Shown piece by piece: positions 55,320 through 64,000 of a stretch of DNA of 64,000 nucleotides (position 1 is its first letter; every line of letters starts with the position of its first letter). The notes beneath the pieces were generated by a model. The model did no database searches, had not been told where the DNA came from, and saw only the letters and a program-made list of their open reading frames with translations. The stretch is from Oscillospiraceae bacterium (lineage in GTDB: Bacteria > Bacillota > Clostridia > Oscillospirales > CAG-382). A program made the translations under genes and the position numbers. The stretch is from positions 5,136-69,135 of the forward strand of contig SVRW01000010.1 of NCBI GenBank assembly GCA_015064625.1, written 5' to 3'.

Positions 55320-55841
55320 TTAATAATCCAGATATGGTGACTTGAATGGCTCTATATACATTCCTTCTATATATCTGTTTTTATCGATTTTTTTCTTACA
55401 GCCTACATACATATAATAATCATATCCAAAATGAACGAACATATGGGGGGGTTCAAGCTTACACCATAATACTTCTCTGAGAATCAGCCGTGCTAAAATG
55501 CTTATATTTTCTACACCTTCAATTTTTTGGGTTTTTGAAATTGAAGAAATAAGCTCTTTTGTCCCTTCGGGAATGTGAACATCACGAGAGTTGATTCTGT
55601 CGAGGTTTTCTTCGATGTCGCATCTCTCCAGACCACAAATATTAAAAGCTGAAACGCTGTTTTCTTTCATGAATTCGCATAAAAGATAAATATACTTATT
55701 TTCGGTTTCTATGTAAACATCGGGTGTTAATACTTTGCCACCAAATGTCTTGCCCACATCTGAAACAGAAGTCCAATCATTCATATATTCACTTGTTCCG
55801 AATTTTTCGTGATTGTATTTTGTTATTCTGAAATATTCCAT
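55320..55841 (-). CDS. Hypothetical protein
   Basis: 173 aa, starting 4 nt after the upstream stop. No recognisable catalytic motifs. Confidence 0.6.
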   Translation of the reverse strand: MEYFRITKYNHEKFGTSEYMNDWTSVSDVGKTFGGKVLTPDVYIETENKYIYLLCEFMKENSVSAFNICGLERCDIEENLDRINSRDVHIPEGTKELISSISKTQKIEGVENISILARLILREVLWCKLEPPHMFVHFGYDYYMYVGCKKKIDKNRYIEGMYIEPFKSPYLDY

Positions 55842-55845
55842 AGTA

Positions 55846-57207
55846 CTATGTCTTTTTAGGATAATACCTGTTTATATATACCCTTATTTCATCGTTGCTG
55901 TCAAAGCGGCATTCTTCTATAATATCCTTCGTCAAAGCTCTGCGCTTTGCTAATGCTCTTATGGCATATTCACGACAGCAAGAGCAAAGTGTTGTGTTAT
56001 AAATATAAAGAAAAAATTCTTTTGGTAATTTTACGCCCATATCATTCATATCAAGGATTTGCGAGACGATATTGTGCCAATACGTTTCGTTAGCATAATC
56101 AATCTTTATATTTTTCAGATGAGAAAGTAAAAATTCTTTATCAGCATCTGTATAATTTAAAAGAAGAATTTTAATTGCGTGAACTATATGCTCTCCTTTT
56201 CTGAAAAGTTCAAGTGAATATTCCCTCGCTTCTTCGCTTTGACATTCTGTTAAAATATCAAGAGCCATGTTTTTCAATTCTTCGTTTGTTGAATTTGTAT
56301 ATTCTACAATAATATTATGCGGAATATATGAAAACGGCGGTTTCGAAAAAGCGAAAACTGAAAGCATTTCAAATTTTTTGTCCTCGTTTGGTTCATCTAT
56401 AATTATTTTTGCTAACTTTTCTTTTTCCGTATCTTCTGAGAGGCGTTTGAATCTGACTTTTTCGCTTAGTGGTAATGTTCCCTTTTCGTCTATCTCTTTT
56501 TTCATATCAAAGGCACTAAGCGGCTCTATCAGTGGTTTGGTAAAGCTTTCAAGCACTAATAATGCTTTCGTATATTCCTCATAAAAGACTTTCATATATT
56601 TTGTTTTTTTAGCTTCAAGCTTTAATATTGAGTTTAGCTTCCTTTTTCCAAAGTCATCACTCATTTGAGAACAAAACCAATCAAAGCTACTCCCTGAATA
56701 ATGGGGATTCTTTTCAAATAACTCCCCCATATCGCAAGCAATTTGAAGCATTTCATCAATTCCACCCAAGGCTTTGAGCGAAAAACAAATTGCTTCAAAA
56801 TAATCACGTTCAAAATCATACATTCTGAAAGAACGTTTATTTATAAGACGGGAATGCAAAAATTTATATTTTTTGCGCAAAGCATCAAAGGCGTGTTTAT
56901 TTCCATCCGCTGCAAAGCATCGCAAAAGCCATGTTAGATGATGAAATTCCCATTGGTCTTTTAATTTATATTTTTCATAAGCTTCAATAAGTGGATTTAA
57001 AAAATATTCCTCGTCACTAAAATATTTTGTCAGCCTATAAACGTAATCTGCTCTTGTCCCTTCGCATTGAGTATCAAAGGACAAATTATGTAAACATCCC
57101 CAAAGAACAACGTCTTTGTATTTTTCAGTTTCTTCTGATTCTTGGAGAACAATATTGCATCGTCCAAGTCCTTGCATCATATATCTTTTAAAATCTTTTT
57201 TAGTCAT
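55846..57207 (-). CDS. Hypothetical helical protein, paralog of the C-terminal ~480 aa of the AraC-fusion gene upstream
   Basis: ATG at 57207 (the tracked ORF extends to GTG 57255, which has no RBS). MTKKDFKRYMMQGLGRCNIVLQESEE aligns with MTAKEFCDYYKKGLGRAIIKLKQQED in 57257..59575. The C-terminal FDSNDEIR aligns with FDCNKNIR. Confidence 0.65.
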   Translation of the reverse strand: MTKKDFKRYMMQGLGRCNIVLQESEETEKYKDVVLWGCLHNLSFDTQCEGTRADYVYRLTKYFSDEEYFLNPLIEAYEKYKLKDQWEFHHLTWLLRCFAADGNKHAFDALRKKYKFLHSRLINKRSFRMYDFERDYFEAICFSLKALGGIDEMLQIACDMGELFEKNPHYSGSSFDWFCSQMSDDFGKRKLNSILKLEAKKTKYMKVFYEEYTKALLVLESFTKPLIEPLSAFDMKKEIDEKGTLPLSEKVRFKRLSEDTEKEKLAKIIIDEPNEDKKFEMLSVFAFSKPPFSYIPHNIIVEYTNSTNEELKNMALDILTECQSEEAREYSLELFRKGEHIVHAIKILLLNYTDADKEFLLSHLKNIKIDYANETYWHNIVSQILDMNDMGVKLPKEFFLYIYNTTLCSCCREYAIRALAKRRALTKDIIEECRFDSNDEIRVYINRYYPKKT

Positions 57208-57256
57208 AGTCTTTCCCTTTCTCGTTGTTGGATTTATTTCAACTCCCAAAGACACT

Positions 57257-59575
57257 TTAATTTTTCGTTTTAGGTGCTCCTACGGCAAATCTGATAGTTT
57301 TCTTTTTGGGTTTTGGTGTTTTTAAAAACAATTCCCTTATGTTTTTGTTGCAGTCAAAAAGAAATTCTTCTTTTAGTTCTTCGGGGAAAAGTCCTTTTTC
57401 AAGTAATAGTTCACAAAAAAACTGCCTATGCTGATAATCCAAAAAGATTTCGAAAGCGTGGGGAATCATCTCCAAAGGCAGTTCTTCAACCCCAAGACGT
57501 ATGTCTCTTTCTAAAACCACTACTGCGGCATGTCTGTCAATTTTATTAGGAGAATGAAAAAGAGCTATAAAATCTTCCTTGTCCTCTTCGGGCTTGTAAT
57601 TTACGCCAAAGCGTATTTCAATAGCATGAAAACGCCCCTTCCCATCAGAAAACCTTTTGTCATAAAACATCTTTAAGCCAACTTCACGGGCAATATCCTG
57701 ACGTTTGTATTGCAATATATCCAAAACATGCTGCGTTATTCCCGAAGGTTCTTCACTCACATCATAATTTTCCTTTTCCACCCACTGGACGAGAGGTGTT
57801 ACGTCAAGTGGGAATTCCTCGGGTATCGAATTCGGATGATGGGACACATTGAAAAAGGAAAGCAGATATTTTTTTCTATTAACATCAGTTTCTTCTATGG
57901 CGGCACGTGCTATTCGCATAACGGATTCCTTATCTTTATCTTTATGTTCAAACCATAAATTCAGTATATCAAAATTCCATCCTTTATTCGCGAGAATCGT
58001 ATCAGCAAGGTTGAAGTTTTCGTCTGCCTTTGGGAACAAAAAATCTTCAGGTTTTTCGCCCTCATGGATTTCTACCATTTCATTTCTTATGTCAATTTCT
58101 GCACCGTGTTTATGCTCCCTCACAACCTCATCGAGAATCATAAAGAAATGTTTTCTTCCAACTCCATCCCAAATCTGAAACAATGGATTCTGATACGTGG
58201 GAATAACGGGAAATTCTGCATATTCGAATAAATCTGCAATATCAAAAAGAATCTCTTTAATTCGTTTATCCCCAGCCTTAAGATATCTTCCCAAAATTAT
58301 ACATGCACTCATAAATACATGAGAACATGGTGGATATTTTTCCCCATCCCACGCTTTTTTCGTATATTCAAGAAGCTCCTCGTATGAGGTTTTGTAATAG
58401 CCTTCTACTATTTCTTCAACCTCGTTTCGTTTTCCCATAAGAATCAAAAGAGGAATTTGCGTTATTTTAAATTCTTCTTTCACTATCCGGAGAAGCTTTT
58501 CTATAATTTCTGCCTTGAACGTTTTGTCATCGAAAATATCAATAATTTCCTTTTCGTAAAAATCCAAGACTCGATAATTTTCCTCAAACATACATTCAAA
58601 AAAAGCACTTTTAAAGGGTGTTTTATCCTCTTGCTGTTTGAGCTTGATAATAGCTCTGCCGAGACCTTTTTTGTAATAGTCACAAAACTCCTTTGCGGTC
58701 ATTTCAGGCTTTTCGCTATGAATTTTGAATATTTCCTTATCATGTTTTCGTTCATTCACTCCGTCATTGCGATACTGCATAGGAGTTTTTCCAAAACGCT
58801 TTTTGAAAGAGCGAATATAATAGTTTGCATCAGAAAAACCATGCATTTCTGATATTTCATTAACGGGAATTTCTGTAAAAAGTAAAACGGGACAGCTTTG
58901 TGTAAGTCGTGTTTCCAAAATAAATTTTATTGGCGACATACCTGTTTTTTCTTTTATTAGCCTAGATAGAGATGTTCTGTTTGTATTAAAGCGCGAACAT
59001 AAAATATCAAGGTTTATTTCTTTATCAATATTATCGTAAATATATCTTACTATTTCGTTTTCAAGTCCGCTTTTCTTTCCTAAATATGCGCCTTCGGCAA
59101 TACGTAATATTGATATTACGTCCGCCCTTGTTCTGCAAGACCACATACCGTCACCAACGTGGTCTGCAATATTACGCTTTGCCTGATCAAAATAAAGAGA
59201 TGCGGTATTATATTCCTCCTCGGAAATTGGAACAATACCAAAATAATCGTTGTCTCTCATTCGAAACAACCTGAAATCCGGATATCCATATCTTTCTCTC
59301 GCTTCTGTGTAGAAGTCAGTTCCGATAATGTGATGATTAAGATTCACATTATAGAAATACGGACGAAAACTAAGATTCTCTGCCTCATAATGTCCGCTGT
59401 GAACAGATAATTTATCTTCACAATTAAGACAGACTATATATTTTCCATCCAAGAAACAACGGTATCCGCTTAATATGATCGTTAAAGATTTTGCCGACAG
59501 CAAAACAAGAGAATACATATCCTCGCTTTCGCAAAGTTTATTCGTTATTTTGATAAGCTTATCAGAATACATCAT
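57257..59575 (-). CDS. AraC-family transcriptional regulator fused to a ~480-aa C-terminal domain of unknown function
   Basis: ATG at 59575, 9 nt after GGAGG (the tracked ORF starts at TTG 59590). AraC HTH pair at ~aa 190-290 (SRFNTNRTSLSRLIKEKTGMSPIKFILETRL ... GFSDANYYIRSFKKRFGKTPMQYR), followed by a long extension. Confidence 0.8.
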   Translation of the reverse strand: MMYSDKLIKITNKLCESEDMYSLVLLSAKSLTIILSGYRCFLDGKYIVCLNCEDKLSVHSGHYEAENLSFRPYFYNVNLNHHIIGTDFYTEARERYGYPDFRLFRMRDNDYFGIVPISEEEYNTASLYFDQAKRNIADHVGDGMWSCRTRADVISILRIAEGAYLGKKSGLENEIVRYIYDNIDKEINLDILCSRFNTNRTSLSRLIKEKTGMSPIKFILETRLTQSCPVLLFTEIPVNEISEMHGFSDANYYIRSFKKRFGKTPMQYRNDGVNERKHDKEIFKIHSEKPEMTAKEFCDYYKKGLGRAIIKLKQQEDKTPFKSAFFECMFEENYRVLDFYEKEIIDIFDDKTFKAEIIEKLLRIVKEEFKITQIPLLILMGKRNEVEEIVEGYYKTSYEELLEYTKKAWDGEKYPPCSHVFMSACIILGRYLKAGDKRIKEILFDIADLFEYAEFPVIPTYQNPLFQIWDGVGRKHFFMILDEVVREHKHGAEIDIRNEMVEIHEGEKPEDFLFPKADENFNLADTILANKGWNFDILNLWFEHKDKDKESVMRIARAAIEETDVNRKKYLLSFFNVSHHPNSIPEEFPLDVTPLVQWVEKENYDVSEEPSGITQHVLDILQYKRQDIAREVGLKMFYDKRFSDGKGRFHAIEIRFGVNYKPEEDKEDFIALFHSPNKIDRHAAVVVLERDIRLGVEELPLEMIPHAFEIFLDYQHRQFFCELLLEKGLFPEELKEEFLFDCNKNIRELFLKTPKPKKKTIRFAVGAPKTKN

Positions 59576-59686
59576 AATTCCCACCTCCAAAGGTAGTATA
59601 ACATTGTTTCATGTGGATGTCACTATACCATATAAAACAATAATAGCACAATTTACAATTTCGCGCAACACTTTTTTAAAAATCTA

Positions 59687-59715
59687 TTGACAATACATAA
59701 AGTAAGTGGTAAAAT
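59687..59715 (+). promoter_or_regulatory. Promoter of the leu operon leader
   Basis: TTGACA (59687-59692), 17-nt spacer, TGgTAAAAT extended -10 (59707-59715). Confidence 0.6.
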
Positions 59716-59719
59716 GCAG

Positions 59720-59998
59720 AAAAGAGAATATGAAAAAGCTGTGACGAAGAATGGCCAGTGTTGTGATACATTTCAGAGAGCCGATGATTGGTGTGAATCG
59801 GTATGTAGGATGCTGTCCTCTCACTTCCGAGCCGGAAACCTGAAAATTCAGTAGGGTGACACGTGAATGCTGCGTTAGTGCATAGAAGTTGATTGACTTC
59901 GAAGGTTTGGCGGATATTTGTCCGTAATTTTAGTAGTACTGCGAGTGCATAATTATTGTGTACACCCGTCTCAAAGCAAGGGCTTTGGGGCGGTTTTT
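59720..59998 (+). promoter_or_regulatory. T-box-type leader with a putative Leu (CUC) specifier and intrinsic terminator
   Basis: AGAGAG bulge followed by the CCGAU-GAUUGGUGUGA-AUCGG distal hairpin (59775-59800). CUC lies in the 3'-side loop (~59816-59822). AGUA and GCGUUAGUG boxes are present. Terminator CCGTCTCAAAGC-AAGG-GCTTTGGGGCGG-TTTTT at 59966-59998. The T-box/antiterminator segment is divergent. Confidence 0.5.
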
Positions 59999-60054
59999 GA
60001 TTTTTGAGATAGGGATTTCTCTTTATGTTAAAATCATATAAAGGAGAAAAAATT

Positions 60055-61725
60055 ATGATGGATTCCAGTAAATATAATGTGGGATATTTTCCCGTTGGGG
60101 ATGAATATACTAAATGGGTAAAAAAGGAACGTATTCAGACACCGCCAGTGTGGTGTAGTGTTGATATGAGGGACGGAAACCAGAGCCTTGTTATCCCTAT
60201 GAGTCTGGAAGAAAAGCTTGAATACTTCAAAGTGCTGTTGGAAGTTGGCTTCAAGGAAATCGAGGTTGGATTTCCTGCGGCAAGTGAAACTGAATATGAG
60301 TTTTTGCGAACAATCATCGATAAGAAAATGATTCCCGATGACGTTTCTATTCAGGTGCTTACCCAATGCCGTGAGCATATTATTAGAAAAACCTTTGATG
60401 CTTGTAAAGGCGCACGGAACGCTATTATTCATTTCTATAATTCCGTAAGCGTTGCCCAACGTGAGCAGGTGTTTAAGAAATCAAAAAAAGAAATAAAGGA
60501 AATGGCAATAGAAGGGGCAAAGCTTGTAAAGACTTTGGCTGCAGAGTACGAAGGGAATTTCCGCTTTGAGTATTCTCCTGAATCCTTTACAGGGGCAGAA
60601 CCTGAATTTTCCTTGGAGGTTTGTAACGCTGTTTTAGATGTTTTAGAACCAAATGAAAATAATAACGTTATAATTAACCTTCCCGTAACTGTAGAAATGA
60701 GCATGCCTCACGTGTACGCATCTCAGGTAGAGTTTATGAGCGAAAACCTTAAATACCGCCAGTTCGTCACGTTGTCACTTCATCCTCATAACGACCGTGG
60801 AACAGGCGTTTCTGATACCGAGCTTGCTTTACTGGCAGGTGCTGAGCGTGTTGAAGGTACTTTGTTCGGTAATGGCGAAAGAACGGGAAACGTTGATATC
60901 GTAACTTTGGCTTTGAATATGTATTCTCATGGTGTTGACCCAAAGCTTGACTTTTCAAATATGAATTACATCGTTGAAAAGTATGAAAAATGCACAAGAA
61001 TGAGAGTTTATGAAAGAGCACCTTATGCAGGAGCATTGGTTTTTGCCGCTTTTTCCGGAAGTCATCAGGACGCTATTGCAAAGGGCTTGAAATACAGAGA
61101 AAAGCATAAGCTTCATAAGTGGAACGTGCCGTATATACCTATTGATCCCGCAGATATCGGAAGAACCTATGATGCTGACGTTATCCGTGTTAATTCTCAA
61201 TCAGGCAAGGGCGGTATCGGTTATCTTCTTGAACAAACCTTTGGTTATAACCTTCCTCCCAAAATGCGCGAGCATTTCAGTTATCTTTGCAAGGATATAT
61301 CTGACCGTAATCATAAGGAATTGAAGCCTGATGAGGTTATGAGTGTTTTCGCAAAGAATTACTTGAATCTTCAAACTCATATTGCCGTTACGGATTTTGA
61401 CTTTATGCGTGAGCATGAAACGGTTAAAATTGATATAACGTTCAGTAAGGACGGCAAAGAAACAACTATGAAAGCCGAGGGTAACGGACATTTAAGTGCA
61501 GTTAATAACGCTCTCAAGGCTTATACTGGTGTCGAATACACATTGCAGGTGTTTACACAGCATAGTATGCAGGGACAAGGGTCACACTCCGTTGCCGCTT
61601 CTTATATAGGACTTGAAAACAAAGACGGTGTTATGTTCTGGGGTGCGGGAACGGATACTGACGTTATTACTGCAAGTACGAAAGCGCTTCTTAGTGCATT
61701 TCATAATATGACGAAGGAGAAATGA
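60055..61725 (+). CDS. leuA: 2-isopropylmalate synthase (long, yeast/actinobacterial-type LeuA)
   Basis: ATG at 60055, 8 nt after AGGAG (the tracked ORF starts at 60025). [24 protein letters not shown] and the C-terminal regulatory domain. Confidence 0.9.
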   Translation: MMDSSKYNVGYFPVGDEYTKWVKKERIQTPPVWCSVDMRDGNQSLVIPMSLEEKLEYFKVLLEVGFKEIEVGFPAASETEYEFLRTIIDKKMIPDDVSIQVLTQCREHIIRKTFDACKGARNAIIHFYNSVSVAQREQVFKKSKKEIKEMAIEGAKLVKTLAAEYEGNFRFEYSPESFTGAEPEFSLEVCNAVLDVLEPNENNNVIINLPVTVEMSMPHVYASQVEFMSENLKYRQFVTLSLHPHNDRGTGVSDTELALLAGAERVEGTLFGNGERTGNVDIVTLALNMYSHGVDPKLDFSNMNYIVEKYEKCTRMRVYERAPYAGALVFAAFSGSHQDAIAKGLKYREKHKLHKWNVPYIPIDPADIGRTYDADVIRVNSQSGKGGIGYLLEQTFGYNLPPKMREHFSYLCKDISDRNHKELKPDEVMSVFAKNYLNLQTHIAVTDFDFMREHETVKIDITFSKDGKETTMKAEGNGHLSAVNNALKAYTGVEYTLQVFTQHSMQGQGSHSVAASYIGLENKDGVMFWGAGTDTDVITASTKALLSAFHNMTKEK

Positions 61726-62993
61726 AAATGGGAATGACGATGACTCAAAAAATCCTTGCGGCTCATGCAGGACTTGAAAAGGTTGTTGCTGGACAGCTTA
61801 TAAGTGCAAAGCTTGATATCGTCCTTGGAAACGATATAACCACGCCTGTAGCTGTGAATGAGTTTGAAAAAGCAGGATTCAAGAAAATTTTTGATAAAGA
61901 CAGAGTTGCCGTAGTTCTTGACCATTTCGTTCCCAATAAGGATATAAAAGCGGCAGAACAGTCAAAAACCTGTCGTGAATTTGCAACCACCCATAAAATA
62001 ACTCATTTTTACGACGTAGGCAAAATGGGTATAGAACACGCTTTGCTTCCTGAACAAGGTGTTGTGACAGCGGGTGATTGTATAATCGGAGCGGATAGCC
62101 ATACTTGTACTTACGGAGCGTTGGGAGCATTTTCGACGGGTGTAGGTTCCACGGATATGGCGGCAGGAATGGCAACGGGGACTTCGTGGTTCAAAGTGCC
62201 TTCTGCAATAAAATTCAATCTTTCGGGCAAATTACCTTCAAATTGTAGTGGAAAAGATATTATTCTCACTATTATTGGTATGATAGGCGTTGACGGTGCT
62301 TTGTATAAAAGTATGGAATTCTCAGGAGATGGAATAAAGAGTCTTTCCATGGATGACCGTTTCTGTATATGCAATATGGCAGTTGAAGCTGGAGCGAAAA
62401 ACGGAATTTTCCCTGTTGACCAAGTAACTCTTGAATATTTAAAGGGCAGAAGCGAGAGGGAAGTCGTTATATATGAAGCAGACGATGATGCAGAATACGA
62501 AAAAATAATAAATATAAACCTTTCGTATATAATCCCAACGGTGGCTTGCCCCCATTTGCCTGAAAACACGCGTCCTGCAAGTGAGCTTCATGATATACGA
62601 ATCGATCAGGTCGTAATAGGCTCATGTACAAACGGTAGAATTGAGGATATGGAGGCTGCGTACAATATTCTGAAAGACAAAAAAATCGCAGACGGTGTTC
62701 GTTGTATAATAATTCCCGCAACCATGCAGATTCTCAGAGAATGCGTTGTCAAAGGTTGGTATACTGCTTTTATTGATTCAGGAGCTGTTGTATCAACACC
62801 GACTTGTGGACCTTGTCTCGGAGGATATATGGGAATCCTTGCCGCAGGTGAGCGTTGCATTGCAACGACAAACCGTAATTTTGTAGGGCGTATGGGACAC
62901 GTTGACAGTGAAGTTTATCTTGCGTCTCCCTATACGGCTGCCGCAAGTGCTTTGACGGGATATATAACCGAATTCAAGGAGAGCAGAGTATGA
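61722..62993 (+). CDS. leuC: 3-isopropylmalate dehydratase large subunit
   Basis: 423 aa aconitase-family protein. [14 protein letters not shown] and GSCTNGR, CGPCLG cluster ligands. An alternative start at 61728 has better RBS spacing. Confidence 0.92.
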   Translation: MKMGMTMTQKILAAHAGLEKVVAGQLISAKLDIVLGNDITTPVAVNEFEKAGFKKIFDKDRVAVVLDHFVPNKDIKAAEQSKTCREFATTHKITHFYDVGKMGIEHALLPEQGVVTAGDCIIGADSHTCTYGALGAFSTGVGSTDMAAGMATGTSWFKVPSAIKFNLSGKLPSNCSGKDIILTIIGMIGVDGALYKSMEFSGDGIKSLSMDDRFCICNMAVEAGAKNGIFPVDQVTLEYLKGRSEREVVIYEADDDAEYEKIININLSYIIPTVACPHLPENTRPASELHDIRIDQVVIGSCTNGRIEDMEAAYNILKDKKIADGVRCIIIPATMQILRECVVKGWYTAFIDSGAVVSTPTCGPCLGGYMGILAAGERCIATTNRNFVGRMGHVDSEVYLASPYTAAASALTGYITEFKESRV

Positions 62994-63487
62994 ATACAAA
63001 AGGAAAAGCTTTCAAATACCCCGATAACGTAGATACAGATGTTATTATTCCTGCGAGATACCTTAATACTCCCGATGCAAAGGAGCTTTCCTTACATTGT
63101 ATGGAAGACATAGACAAGGATTTTGTGAAAAAAGCAGAAAACGGTGACGTTATTGTTGCAGGATGGAATTTTGGTTGCGGCTCGTCAAGAGAGCATGCGC
63201 CTCTTGTAATCAAAACCTGCGGAATCGGCTGCGTTATTGCAAAAAGCTTCGCAAGGATTTTTTACCGTAATGCTATAAATATAGGACTTCCTATTCTTGA
63301 ATGTGAAGAAGCTGCAGAGGAAATAAAGGAAACAGACGTTGTAAAGGTTGATTTTGATACGGGTGTCATTACTAACGTTACAACAAATAAATCTTACGTA
63401 GCTCAGCCATTCCCACCGTTTATCCAGAATATTATCAAGAACGGCGGTCTGCTTAAGGCTTTGAAAGAAGGCGAATTTGATGAATAA
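62990..63487 (+). CDS. leuD: 3-isopropylmalate dehydratase small subunit
   Basis: 165 aa. [14 protein letters not shown] swivel-domain motif. ATGA overlap with leuC. Confidence 0.92.
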   Translation: MNTKGKAFKYPDNVDTDVIIPARYLNTPDAKELSLHCMEDIDKDFVKKAENGDVIVAGWNFGCGSSREHAPLVIKTCGIGCVIAKSFARIFYRNAINIGLPILECEEAAEEIKETDVVKVDFDTGVITNVTTNKSYVAQPFPPFIQNIIKNGGLLKALKEGEFDE

Positions 63488-64000
63488 GAATATTGCAGTT
63501 ATTCGTGGAGACGGAATAGGTCCTGAGATAATAGAACAAGCTCTCAGAGTTCTGGATAAAATATCCGAGCTTTACGGACATACCTTTCGGTTTACTGACG
63601 TCGATATGGGGGGATGCGCCATTGATAAATGGGGGAATCCTCTGCCTGATGAAATGCTTGAAAAATGCGTGAAATCAGATAGCGTGTTGCTTGGTGCTGT
63701 GGGCGGAAATAAATGGAATGACGTTCCCTCAAACCTGCGTCCCGAAAAAGGACTCTTACGCCTTCGTGCAGGTATGGGCGTTTATTCAAATAACCGACCT
63801 GCAAAAATATGGAAACAATTGAGCGATGCGTCTCCTTTGAAAAAAAGCATCGTTGATAAAGGCATCGATTTTATCATTGTTAGAGAACTTATAGGCGGAA
63901 TATATTTTGGTGAACATAAAACTGAAAATGATACCGCCATCGATGTTTTGAAATATAGTGAATCAGAAATTGAGCGTATCGGCAGAATAGGATTCGAAAC
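63480..64000 (+). CDS. leuB: 3-isopropylmalate dehydrogenase (5' partial, runs off the window end; not in the ORF track)
   Basis: ATG at 63480 overlaps the leuD stop. Translates to [49 protein letters not shown]..., an open frame to the window end. Confidence 0.88.
   Translation, partial: MNKNIAVIRGDGIGPEIIEQALRVLDKISELYGHTFRFTDVDMGGCAIDKWGNPLPDEMLEKCVKSDSVLLGAVGGNKWNDVPSNLRPEKGLLRLRAGMGVYSNNRPAKIWKQLSDASPLKKSIVDKGIDFIIVRELIGGIYFGEHKTENDTAIDVLKYSESEIERIGRIGFE

Noticed and set aside
59730-59744. Mini-ORF MKKL* at the start of the leu leader as a possible leucine attenuation peptide
   Set aside because: It has a single Leu codon and no run of regulatory codons. The leader has T-box Stem I features instead.
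1-64000. Mobile elements, tRNA/rRNA genes and CRISPR-Cas anywhere in the window
   Set aside because: I looked for transposase, integrase or recombinase ORFs, terminal inverted repeats, cloverleaf-sized GC-rich intergenic segments and spacer-containing repeat arrays. None were found.

Overview
AT-rich, low-GC Firmicutes (Clostridia-like) chromosomal segment with no rRNA, tRNA, CRISPR array, transposase or integrase. The core is housekeeping. A complete but gene-poor dcw cell-division cluster spans 15.3-27.0 kb (mraZ-rsmH-ftsL-pbp-murF-mraY-ftsW-murG-ftsQ-ftsZ). It is followed by metY-like/rlmH, an untracked 57-aa ferredoxin, aroA, a lexA/Y-family polymerase/yolD SOS cassette, nth, and a T-box-led leuA-leuC-leuD-leuB operon that runs off the 3' end. 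Several accessory modules are interspersed:
- Three paralogous ECF-type sigma factor genes (160, 5872(-), 36592), each translationally coupled to a single-pass membrane partner. They share an upstream DNA motif. One module is bracketed by an imperfect direct repeat that copies the yolD 3' end plus its terminator.
- A Cys-rich membrane protein coupled to an orphan glycyl-radical-activase-like radical SAM gene (2.1-3.3 kb).
- A stand-alone two-gene RnfC-like/RnfD-like pair with a degenerate RnfC nucleotide-binding motif (42.8-45.1 kb).
- A mosaic exopolysaccharide locus (40.1-41.7 and 46.7-52.7 kb) containing a GT2 gene remnant.
- A 7-kb minus-strand block of uncharacterised genes (52.8-59.6 kb). 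It is headed by an AraC-type regulator fused to a ~480-aa domain that recurs as the next stand-alone gene, followed by small immunity-like proteins.

That last block is my best candidate for an undescribed system, but I see no catalytic motifs in it and cannot assign a function. All family calls rest on motif recognition by eye, since no searches were run.
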